A stretch of DNA of 52,634 bases from Oscillospiraceae bacterium. Lineage in GTDB: Bacteria; Bacillota; Clostridia; Oscillospirales; Ruminococcaceae. Where the stretch lies: contig JAXJQH010000122.1 in assembly GCA_036311245.1 (NCBI GenBank), positions 1 through 52,634 of the forward strand. The letters run 5' to 3'. The translations under genes were made by a program, and so were the position numbers. The notes under the pieces were generated by a model. It had not been told where the DNA came from, searched no databases, and saw nothing but the letters and a program-made list of their open reading frames with translations. This document shows, one piece after another, positions 38,037 through 45,320 of this stretch. The number at the start of each line of letters is the position of its first letter. The first letter of the stretch is position 1.

Positions 38037-38687
38037 CTAACAGTGCAATCTTTTTATTTTTTCTTTCGCGATTTCGTTGCATTTATTTAAGTAGCGCATA
38101 ACCGAACGTTTTCCTACGGCTGTGCTTCCGAATGGGTCGTATTCATGGGCGGCAACAATTCGGTTGATGTCTATACATTTTAGTTTATTTACAGACTCTA
38201 TATATCGGTCAAAATTTTTAATTCCATTCCTATATTTCCCAATACCATCCAACTGTAAACAATCTCCTGACAACAATGTTTTTGTAAATGTGTCGTAAAA
38301 GCCAAAGGAATGTTCCGTGTGTCCCGGTAAATAGATGGCTTTTAGATTCCCAAATATTGTTTTGTCATCAACCAAATCTATTCTATTTGATAAATCAATA
38401 TTGAAAGATGTGCAAAGCATTGCATTGGGAAAATTTTCAGATAAACGCCTTATTCCACCCGCATGATCGCTATGATTATGAGTTAACAGTAAATACTTTA
38501 CATCATCATATGGAATATTCATTGTATCAAGAGCAGGAATAATATATTCATCAACATCAGAAGAATAGGTCGCACTATCTATAATTGCAACCCCTTGCTC
38601 ACATACATAAATATACACCGTTGTTGTTATTTCTTCAAAGGGAATCCGTATTTTGAAAAGCCCATTATCAATCTTGTCAATATTCAT
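38037..38687 (-). CDS. MBL-fold metallo-hydrolase
   Basis: Contains THNHSDHAGG (the HxHxDH motif). Start at ATG 38687 (AGGTG upstream); the track ORF extends to 38726. Confidence 0.85.
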   Translation of the reverse strand: MNIDKIDNGLFKIRIPFEEITTTVYIYVCEQGVAIIDSATYSSDVDEYIIPALDTMNIPYDDVKYLLLTHNHSDHAGGIRRLSENFPNAMLCTSFNIDLSNRIDLVDDKTIFGNLKAIYLPGHTEHSFGFYDTFTKTLLSGDCLQLDGIGKYRNGIKNFDRYIESVNKLKCIDINRIVAAHEYDPFGSTAVGKRSVMRYLNKCNEIAKEKIKRLHC

Positions 38688-38714
38688 ATAACACCTGCTT
38701 GGTTGTTTTTTGAA

Positions 38715-38744
38715 ATTATACCCCATTCAGCGGTATGGGTGCAA
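38715..38744 (-). promoter_or_regulatory. candidate promoter for the MBL hydrolase gene
   Basis: Minus strand reads TTGCAC, 18 nt, TATAAT. Confidence 0.45.
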
Positions 38745-38805
38745 GGGTGAAATCAATGCGAAAGATTATTTGATACACAGCTTAAGGTGTGATGATATCA
38801 ACAAG

Positions 38806-39633
38806 CTATAGATAAAGCGTTTGCCCACCTTTAACGCAGTATGTTTTATTTATATGATGAAACCACACATCTATTACAGAGGGATTGTGTATAATGTTTT
38901 TGTCAATACTGATTTGAAGGTTTTCGTATGCTTTTGCATAATCGTATATTTCAACATTAGTAGCATACCAGATATCATCTCTTCCGCCAATATACTCGGC
39001 AAAATTTTCAATCACTTCCCAATTATCATTATTATCAAACTCATAGCTGTGTCCCCACAAATAAAACAGCCAAATATCGCCGTAATATCTACCCTTCTCC
39101 TCAACAAACTTTTTAGCCAGCTCCATAAGTTTAGGGTTGTTGTGATGGCAAGTCGGATTAAGCTCAAGCCAGTTTTCGGGAAACTTGAAACTTTCAGTTG
39201 ATTTTGTAGTTCTTGAATAACAGATCCCACACTTTCTTAAAGCATCTATCACTTCACCGCTATATGTTCCGAACGGATATGCCATTCCTCTTGCCAATGT
39301 ACCGTATTGTTGTTCAATATTCCTTCTATCCTCAATAACTTCCGTTAAAATCTCTTCCGTTTTCAGCTTCTCTAAAAAAGGATGAGTCAGGGCATGAACG
39401 GCAACCTCATGACCTGAATTTATATATAGTTCTTTCGCTTCCGACAATTTCATTCTACCGTAAAACTTTTCACGCGTTGCTTCTTCCGGCAAATACCGTC
39501 CTGTATTTATATTGAAAGTGGCCTTAATTCCATGCTTATTTAGAGTTTTTACTAACCTAATGTCCTGCACAACACCGTCATCGTAACTTAGAGTAAGCAC
39601 CTTTGACTTGCCGTCTTTTAATTTCATGTACAT
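38806..39633 (-). CDS. polysaccharide deacetylase (NodB homology, CE4)
   Basis: Contains LTLSYDDG (Asp-Asp motif), HEVAVHALTHP and a later WGHSYEF. Start at ATG 39633 (AAGGAAG 8 nt upstream). Confidence 0.85.
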   Translation of the reverse strand: MYMKLKDGKSKVLTLSYDDGVVQDIRLVKTLNKHGIKATFNINTGRYLPEEATREKFYGRMKLSEAKELYINSGHEVAVHALTHPFLEKLKTEEILTEVIEDRRNIEQQYGTLARGMAYPFGTYSGEVIDALRKCGICYSRTTKSTESFKFPENWLELNPTCHHNNPKLMELAKKFVEEKGRYYGDIWLFYLWGHSYEFDNNDNWEVIENFAEYIGGRDDIWYATNVEIYDYAKAYENLQISIDKNIIHNPSVIDVWFHHINKTYCVKGGQTLYL

Positions 39634-39674
39634 AATACACACTTCCTTACTCCACTTTAATTAACCTTAATATT

Positions 39675-39703
39675 ATTATATTACAAATGTGATAGCGGTG
39701 CAA
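39675..39703 (-). promoter_or_regulatory. near-consensus sigma-A promoter for the deacetylase gene
   Basis: Minus strand reads TTGCAC, 17 nt, TATAAT. The 17-nt spacer contains one copy of the array motif (GCTATCACA). Confidence 0.6.
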
Positions 39704-39811
39704 GTTATTAGTGATATTATATTTTCCCTTAACTGCCCGAAATGCAATGTAACTCGGCGTTAGCCAAATATCACTGCGAAGCAATATAACTCACCAAAGG
39801 CGAATATAACT
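39688..39811. repeat. motif/mini-hairpin array C (shorter homologue of array B)
   Basis: TGTGATAGC at 39688 and AGTGATATT at 39710. Then AATGTAACT at 39746, AATATCACT at 39767, AATATAACT at 39783 and 39803 (spacing 21/16/20, as in B). Intervals are CGGC-GTTA-GCCA, GC-GAA-GC, CACC-AAA-GGCG. Confidence 0.85.
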
Positions 39812-39812
39812 G

Positions 39813-39848
39813 AAAAAAACTCCTTGAGAAAATCTCAAGGAGTTTTTC
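39813..39848. terminator. bidirectional terminator hairpin closing array C, downstream of the PH-domain gene
   Basis: A7-CTCCTTGAG-AAAAT-CTCAAGGAG-T5. Confidence 0.8.
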
Positions 39849-39849
39849 T

Positions 39850-39899
39850 GGGTAGTTTGAACTTAATGACACGAATGAAATGTGCCTGAAAACTGATGG
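39850..39899. repeat. 50-nt 3'-flank module, copy 1
   Basis: GGGTAGTTTGAACTTAATGACACGAAT... The first 27 nt are identical to 40462..40488. It lies between the PH-gene stop (39909) and the terminator hairpin. Confidence 0.85.
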
Positions 39900-39908
39900 T
39901 TTTCTAAA

Positions 39909-40283
39909 TTATAATACTCTTTCTGAAATCATTTTGCAAATTGCAGAAACATTAGCATTTTTAACAAATTCAAACTTTACCTTACCAAGTCCCGAAAACC
40001 AAAGTTCTAACTCACTATCTAAATCAAAAACTCCAGCTGTTTCTACTGAAAATGCTTGTATTTTACTGTATGGTAAAGAAGTAAAGTCTTTTTTTGTGCC
40101 GGTAAGCCCTTGTACATTTATTGCAATTATCCTTTTGTTTGTAAAAACAACACCATCACGAATGCCTTTAAAGGTAGATAAAATACTTTCTCCATCCGCA
40201 AAAGTTGCAGATATTGAAGAAGCGTATGTAGAATTATCTACTGCCTTTAATTTAAAGTAACTTGCATTTTTAAAATCAATCAT
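39909..40283 (-). CDS. bacterial PH-domain protein (YokE-like, bPH family)
   Basis: 124 aa counted from ATG 40283 (AAAGGGG upstream). The pattern GVVFTNKRIIAINVQGLTGTKKDFTSLPYSKIQAFSVETAG...ELELWF is typical of bPH domains. Confidence 0.7.
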   Translation of the reverse strand: MIDFKNASYFKLKAVDNSTYASSISATFADGESILSTFKGIRDGVVFTNKRIIAINVQGLTGTKKDFTSLPYSKIQAFSVETAGVFDLDSELELWFSGLGKVKFEFVKNANVSAICKMISERVL

Positions 40284-40308
40284 TTTTATAACCCCTTTCT
40301 TTTTGATT

Positions 40309-40337
40309 ATTATAGCATTAGGGAATAAAAAATGCAA
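40309..40337 (-). promoter_or_regulatory. sigma-A promoter for the PH-domain gene
   Basis: Minus strand reads TTGCAT, 17 nt, TGcTATAAT. Confidence 0.6.
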
Positions 40338-40357
40338 GGCAAAGCCTTGCAAAAAAA

Positions 40358-40428
40358 CTTATTACCTCTTACCTATTACTTATTACTTTCCAAAAATCGA
40401 CCCAAAGATTAGTGAAGAGTGAAAAAGT
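40358..40428. repeat. low-complexity imperfect palindrome D (CTTATTAC-type)
   Basis: CTTATTACCTCTTACCTATTACTTATTAC...AGTGAAGAGTGAAAAAGTAA. Homologous to 41631..41724. Confidence 0.75.
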
Positions 40429-40461
40429 AAAATCCCGCCCTCTTTCGAGAACGGGATTTTT

Positions 40462-40510
40462 GGGTAGTTTGAACTTAATGACACGAATTATATGTATCTG
40501 AAAACCGAGG
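40462..40510. repeat. 50-nt 3'-flank module, copy 2
   Basis: GGGTAGTTTGAACTTAATGACACGAAT... lies between the SGNH-gene stop (40518) and a hairpin (40429..40461). Confidence 0.85.
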
Positions 40511-40517
40511 ACTTATC

Positions 40518-41537
40518 TTAATTATGTAATATTTCTTTTATGTGTTTCGACAAATTTTCAAAATAATACTCAAAGCCCTTATCGTTTGGATGGAGTCTCA
40601 AATCGGCAAACAAATCTACATTTTGCGGAACAAATTCAAATCCGTGAATTACCGAAGCGTTTTTAAAATCAGCTACTTGTTTTTCAACGATTTCACCCAC
40701 GCATCTAAAATCACCAAAGGGTCTGCTCTCGTTCATATCCTTGCGCCATATTGGTGTGATTACAAAAATTTTAGCATTTGGATAGTGACTGCTTAAATTA
40801 CAAAGAATTTCTTTACAGTTTTGCGTCAAATTTTCCTTAGTAGACCTGTTCCAATCATTTGAGCCATACGAAATTAAAATATAATCAGGTTCAAAAGTTT
40901 CCTTTTCTTTTGCGAGCTCAGGAAAGTAAATTTCGCCACCAATCGCCTTATTATACTCCTCAACATCAAGCATATTTGCAATTTTGGAAATATACCTATT
41001 GCTTGGATATAGCGCATCATAGCCCTGGGTGATTGAATCACCAAAAACAAGCATTTTTTTACTGAGTTTGACAGGTTTAATAAAAGAATCGTCATCAATA
41101 ATAAGCTCTTTTATTGTGGCCTTGACCGACCAGGGAAAATAGATCAAAACCTCTTTTTCTCCCGTTCCTAAGTAAAACTTTTTAGAAAAATCACCAAATG
41201 AAAATTGGGTTGCGGTATAATTGCCTGACAACTCCGATTCGCAGAAATTTTTAATATCGTCTATTTTTTCACCGTTTACAAATACTTCAAAAGCAAAATA
41301 ACTTCTGGTACTGCCATTGGTAACATCTACGTTTAAAAAGAGTGATTGACTGTTAGTACGAAAACGCATTTTCACGCCTGATGTACAAAAGGTTTTTAAA
41401 TAAAAACTGGTATTTCTATTCTTGTATAATTCCTCTTGGTGCTTCGTAAAACGATAGAAGTGAAAAGCGTTATCATTTTCTTCAATTCTAACCGCACCTG
41501 TAGTTATGTTCTTGATTTGTGATAAATTTAATTTCAT
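40518..41537 (-). CDS. SGNH/GDSL-family hydrolase with an N-terminal beta-sandwich domain (probable carbohydrate esterase)
   Basis: 339 aa counted from ATG 41537 (GGTGGAG upstream). Contains VFGDSITQG (block I Ser), GSNDW (block III) and a C-terminal D..LHP. Confidence 0.82.
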   Translation of the reverse strand: MKLNLSQIKNITTGAVRIEENDNAFHFYRFTKHQEELYKNRNTSFYLKTFCTSGVKMRFRTNSQSLFLNVDVTNGSTRSYFAFEVFVNGEKIDDIKNFCESELSGNYTATQFSFGDFSKKFYLGTGEKEVLIYFPWSVKATIKELIIDDDSFIKPVKLSKKMLVFGDSITQGYDALYPSNRYISKIANMLDVEEYNKAIGGEIYFPELAKEKETFEPDYILISYGSNDWNRSTKENLTQNCKEILCNLSSHYPNAKIFVITPIWRKDMNESRPFGDFRCVGEIVEKQVADFKNASVIHGFEFVPQNVDLFADLRLHPNDKGFEYYFENLSKHIKEILHN

Positions 41538-41558
41538 AAAATCTCCACCTTTAAGCGT

Positions 41559-41587
41559 ATTATAGCATAAAAGCGAAAATAAATCAA
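41559..41587 (-). promoter_or_regulatory. sigma-A promoter for the SGNH hydrolase gene
   Basis: Minus strand reads TTGATT, 17 nt, TGcTATAAT. Confidence 0.6.
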
Positions 41588-41630
41588 TGCGAAGCATTGT
41601 ATTTATAATTCGTGGCGAAGCCACACCACA

Positions 41631-41724
41631 CTTATTACCTTTTACTTATTACTTATTACTTCCCAAAAATCCCGTGAAAGACTTTATTTGAAGTAAGAGT
41701 GAAGAGGTAAGAAGTAATAAGTAA
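41631..41724. repeat. low-complexity imperfect palindrome E (CTTATTAC-type)
   Basis: The left arm CTTATTACCTTTTACTTATTACTTATTACTTCCC pairs imperfectly with the right arm GAAGTAAGAGTGAAGAGGTAAGAAGTAATAAGTAAAA. It is preceded by mini-hairpins AATGC-GAA-GCATT (41586) and GTGGC-GAA-GCCAC (41612). Confidence 0.8.
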
Positions 41725-41754
41725 AATCCCGCTCACTTACGTGAGCGGGATTTT
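41723..41754. terminator. bidirectional terminator abutting the tRNA-Thr 3' end
   Basis: AAAATCCCGCTCAC-TTAC-GTGAGCGGGATTTT. Confidence 0.85.
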
Positions 41755-41830
41755 TGGAGCTGCTAACCAGAATCGAACTGGTGACCTCATCCTTACCAAG
41801 GATGTGCTCTACCGACTGAGCCATAGCAGC
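41755..41830 (-). tRNA. tRNA-Thr (anticodon GGU)
   Basis: Minus strand folds as a cloverleaf: GCTGCTATGGCTCAGTCGGTAGAGCACATCCTTGGTAAGGATGAGGTCACCAGTTCGATTCTGGTTAGCAGCTCCA. Anticodon loop TTGGTAA. CCA is encoded. Confidence 0.95.
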
Positions 41831-41913
41831 AAACCACTTACATATTATATTCAATTTAAAGTGGCTTGTCAAGATATATTTTATTTTTTTGAGAAAAATC
41901 TGTTATATCAGAT

Positions 41914-42105
41914 TTATTCCCCTTGAATATAGCGGTCTATAGCCTCGGCAGCGGCTTTTCCCGCTCCCATTGCGAGAATAACAGTAGCAGCGCCCGTTAC
42001 GGCATCGCCGCCGACTACTGCGACCTTTTTAAGTCCGTCTATATGAGTGGCATTGCCGAGAGGACCTAAAAAGTCGCTTATATACTCGCCCTCGTTTTTA
42101 TGATT
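41914..42105 (-). pseudogene. C-terminal remnant of a GltD/SudA-type FAD/NAD(P)-dependent oxidoreductase
   Basis: A 63-codon open frame without a start codon ends ...VVGGDAVTGAATVILAMGAGKAAAEAIDRYIQGE*. This matches the conserved C-terminus of glutamate synthase small-subunit-like proteins. The rest of the gene is absent. Confidence 0.5.
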
Positions 42106-42189
42106 TTATACATATTTTCATAAGCCTTTTTTCGGATTAAATAGAAAATATAGCAACAATAACTTTTTGTTTTCAACCATTGTTTTAGC

Positions 42190-43479
42190 TTAATTTGCCG
42201 CCCCAACCTTTTCGCGTCTTGGCTGTTTTATTTTATAAAGCTCCTCGGCGGCAAGGCGAGCCTTTGCAACCGAAACGCCTTTGTCTTTGGGAAAGCAGTA
42301 ATACAGGCAGTCGCGCGTTCCGATGCATATTACGTCGCCTATCTCATACCAGAAATAGTCGGCATTAAGTCCATATGAGTAAAGCGGCTTTTGGGTATAA
42401 CTCAGCTTGCCGCCGCAGCCCTCTAAGGCAAAGCCGTTTTCATCGTGGCGAAGCACTCCGTCGCCTACCATATAGAGAGCCTTGTGGTCTACAAGAACGC
42501 CGATATCCACCTCGGTTTCAAGGCTGTAATCCCTGCTCTCAAGCTCATTTTTAACGCACTCTCGCTGCCAGGCATACCAATCGGGAATGTGCGAAAACTC
42601 GGTTTCGCCATTTTGAGCCTCAAGCTCTCCAAGGCTATTTAGATGGTACTTCTTTCCACATTTTTTGCAGGTAAGTTCTGTCCCCTCGCTCTGCATACCG
42701 CCCTCTTTTCCGCAGGCAGCACATTTGTAGAGTATGCGCTCAAGACCCTCTGCGCGAAACGGCTCATTTATCTCAATATTGTTTTCCTTTTGCCACTTAA
42801 AGCCATCAAATGCAAAGGCGTCGTCGAGAATTTTATCAATTTCCTCAACTGATTTTTCGGCTATCTGCTCGCGGGTTAAGAGGCAACAGACCTCGGCGCT
42901 GACCTTTACTTTTCTCAGCCTTAAGCCGTTATACAGCGGGTCGCGCGAAAAGGCGCCGCTTGTTATAATGCTAATAACGGGAACATCCAGCCGTTTTAAA
43001 AGCGCGCCTAAGCGGCGGGGCAGGGCTGTGGCGGTACCGTCAAAGCTGTAGCCCGCCTCAGGGTACATAAGTACGCTTGTTTTGTTTTCCTTTAAGGCAT
43101 ACTGCATATTGCGGATAAGCTGCGTATCGCTTACAAACTTTGTTGTGGGTGTGCATCCGATAAGGCGCATTAAAAGCTCCTTGCCGACAAACCCATCCGA
43201 TGTGCAGACGATATTATATGCGCGCGGATATAAAATTCTTGATGCGATTTTAAGATCAATAAAGCTTGAATGGTTCATTAAGATAAGGCACGGCTCGCTT
43301 TTGCCAATCTTATCCATTCCTTTTTCGGTATAAGAAAATCGGGTCGCCCACAAATCGGGCAGAGCAAGAACACGGATAAGAGTTCTGAAAAGGATATTAG
43401 GCTTTAATGGCTTGTGCTTTTTTGCGCGCGGCAGAGCGTAAGCCTTTTCAAAATCCATTTTTTTAGTTTTAATTTTCAT
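42190..43479 (-). CDS. lysophospholipid (PlsC-family) acyltransferase with a C-terminal Zn-ribbon-containing domain
   Basis: 429 aa counted from ATG 43479 (GGGAG upstream). Contains LILMNHSSFID (HX4D acyltransferase motif) and CAACGKEG...CKKCGKKY. Confidence 0.75.
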   Translation of the reverse strand: MKIKTKKMDFEKAYALPRAKKHKPLKPNILFRTLIRVLALPDLWATRFSYTEKGMDKIGKSEPCLILMNHSSFIDLKIASRILYPRAYNIVCTSDGFVGKELLMRLIGCTPTTKFVSDTQLIRNMQYALKENKTSVLMYPEAGYSFDGTATALPRRLGALLKRLDVPVISIITSGAFSRDPLYNGLRLRKVKVSAEVCCLLTREQIAEKSVEEIDKILDDAFAFDGFKWQKENNIEINEPFRAEGLERILYKCAACGKEGGMQSEGTELTCKKCGKKYHLNSLGELEAQNGETEFSHIPDWYAWQRECVKNELESRDYSLETEVDIGVLVDHKALYMVGDGVLRHDENGFALEGCGGKLSYTQKPLYSYGLNADYFWYEIGDVICIGTRDCLYYCFPKDKGVSVAKARLAAEELYKIKQPRREKVGAAN

Positions 43480-43645
43480 ATAAATCTCCCGCAATTTTAT
43501 AACTTTCAAGAATCCTTCAATATTATATATAAAAACGCGCCGTCTTGCAAGAGGTAGCTTTTTACATAGCAGTTTTCTTGACAGCATTGGCGGCGAGGTC
43601 TATAATAATTTCATATAAAAACCATCTTAAGGGAGCATTAAAAGA

Positions 43646-44290
43646 GTGAAAACAGAGCTTTATCTCATTCGCCACGGCGAAAGCCTTGGAAATCGCGACC
43701 GCCGATTTCTCGGTCATACCGACCTTGATCTGACCGAGCGCGGCTACGAGCAGGCAAAATGCGCCGCAGCCTTTTTTGAGAAGATACCTATAGACGCAGT
43801 TTATTCAAGCGACCTTCTACGCGCCTTTAACACCGCAAAGGCGGTCGCAACTTCAAAGGGGCTTACCGTTGTACCCGAAAAGGGTCTGCGCGAAATTTTT
43901 GCAGGGCGCTGGGAGCTTATGGCCTATGATGAAATTCCCCTATCGTTTCCAAAGCTTTGGTCGGACTGGCAAAACGCAAATGTCCCCGACCTGCGCGCCC
44001 CCGAGGGCGAAAGCTTTTCTGAGCTTCTTGAGAGAGTTGAGCATACCCTTTTGCGCATCGCAAAGGAAAACGAGGGAAAGAGTGTTGCCATAGGTCTGCA
44101 CGCAACTCCTATTCGCCTTATGATGAACAAGCTTTCAGGCAGAGGCATTGAAAGCCTTTATATGACCCCTTGGGTCGCAAATGCTTCGATTACCAAGCTC
44201 ACCTTTAAAGACGGTGAGTTCTCGCTCGACTTCGCAAACGAATGTGCTCATCTGGGCGCTATCAAGACCTCACTGCCCTCCGGCATTTGA
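43646..44290 (+). CDS. histidine phosphatase family protein (phosphoglycerate mutase/CobC-like)
   Basis: Begins LYLIRHGESLGN (RHG motif) with a later GLHATPI. GTG start preceded by AAGGGAG. Confidence 0.88.
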   Translation: MKTELYLIRHGESLGNRDRRFLGHTDLDLTERGYEQAKCAAAFFEKIPIDAVYSSDLLRAFNTAKAVATSKGLTVVPEKGLREIFAGRWELMAYDEIPLSFPKLWSDWQNANVPDLRAPEGESFSELLERVEHTLLRIAKENEGKSVAIGLHATPIRLMMNKLSGRGIESLYMTPWVANASITKLTFKDGEFSLDFANECAHLGAIKTSLPSGI

Positions 44291-44301
44291 AAATAAGCTT
44301 A

Positions 44302-44340
44302 AATATAACTGAGGCACACTTCCTTACGGAGTGTGCCTCA
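44302..44340 (+). repeat. isolated AATATAACT-plus-hairpin module 3' of the phosphatase gene
   Basis: AATATAACT (44302..44310) runs into the hairpin TGAGGCACACT-TCCTTACGG-AGTGTGCCTCA. This is the same junction seen at the ends of arrays B and C. Confidence 0.6.
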
Positions 44341-44414
44341 ACGAATGTCTATTTTTTTGTAGATTGCACTGATTTGGATGACAATGCATCGGTATTACTT
44401 TTTTAGATGCCTGC

Positions 44415-45152
44415 TCACATCTTCTTTCTGCAGCCATCAATCTGTATATTTTGCCCTGAAATATAACTCGCCTCATCACTTGCTAAAAAGCAGATTAGGT
44501 TTGCATTTTCGCGATCGGTACCCGTGCGCCCCATAAAGCTCAGCTCGGACGGCTGGTAATAATCTATATCCTCGTTTTGAGATGAGCTCACGCTGCCCGG
44601 CGAAACACAATTAACCAGCACTCCCTTATCCGCCACCTCTTTGGCTAACGCTTTAGTCATTGTAATAACTGCGCCCTTTGTTGCAGAATAGTGTACCATA
44701 TTTGCGTTTCCGTAAACACCTGCGACAGATGACACGTTAATGATCTTGCCGTAATGGTTTTCAATCATGCTACCGATTACTGCTCTCGTACAGTAATACA
44801 CGCCCATAATGTTTACGTCAATATATCGTTTCCACAAATCCGAAGATGATTCCGCAAATTTGGACCTATCCCGCCACAGCGCGGCATTGTTCACAAGGAT
44901 GTCGATTTTTCCGAAGTGTTTGATTGCATCAAAAGCAACTTCATTTACACGATTTTCATCGCTGACATCACATTCATATGTTAAGACTCTGCACCCACAT
45001 TTTTTTGTTTCTTCGCTGACAGCCAGAAGTTTTTCAGCATTCACATCCAACAAAACCAAATCAGCTCCCTGCTCTGCAAGGCAAAGAGCCACTGCTCTGC
45101 CTATTCCAACCGAAGCTCCTGTTATCATTGCAACTTTTCCCTGAAATTTCAT
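44415..45152 (-). CDS. SDR-family oxidoreductase (FabG-like)
   Basis: 245 aa counted from ATG 45152 (AGGAGGAG upstream). Contains TGASVGIG, NNAA and YSATK motifs. Confidence 0.9.
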   Translation of the reverse strand: MKFQGKVAMITGASVGIGRAVALCLAEQGADLVLLDVNAEKLLAVSEETKKCGCRVLTYECDVSDENRVNEVAFDAIKHFGKIDILVNNAALWRDRSKFAESSSDLWKRYIDVNIMGVYYCTRAVIGSMIENHYGKIINVSSVAGVYGNANMVHYSATKGAVITMTKALAKEVADKGVLVNCVSPGSVSSSQNEDIDYYQPSELSFMGRTGTDRENANLICFLASDEASYISGQNIQIDGCRKKM

Positions 45153-45320
45153 AACAACTCCTCCTTTTTGATTAAGCATAACATTCGAAATCTTCAAATT
45201 CAATGCTTATAATGATGTGCTGTTTAGCATTTTCGAAACAAATATCTATATTATGAGCGAAAATACATCATATTCTTGACTATTATGAATTTAAATGGTA
45301 GTATAAAACGGGTGAGGGAA

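Noticed and set aside
39850-39877. GGGTAGTTTGAACTTAATGACACGAAT as a tRNA 3' fragment or att site, because it occupies the position a tRNA 3' end occupies next to the other terminators
   Set aside because: Read on the minus strand, only 7 nt follow the GTTCAAA-like segment. No T-stem or acceptor stem can be formed, and it does not match either tRNA in the window.
38688-41755. Integron-like gene cassettes with attC sites
   Set aside because: I found no RYYYAAC/GTTRRRY core sites in the junctions and no intI-type integrase. Each gene also has its own promoter, which integron cassettes typically lack.
44451-44475. 13-nt match AATATAACTCGCC to array B (35810..35822) inside the SDR gene
   Set aside because: It lies within a conserved coding segment (LASDEASYISGQ on the minus strand) typical of SDR proteins, so it is most likely a coincidence.
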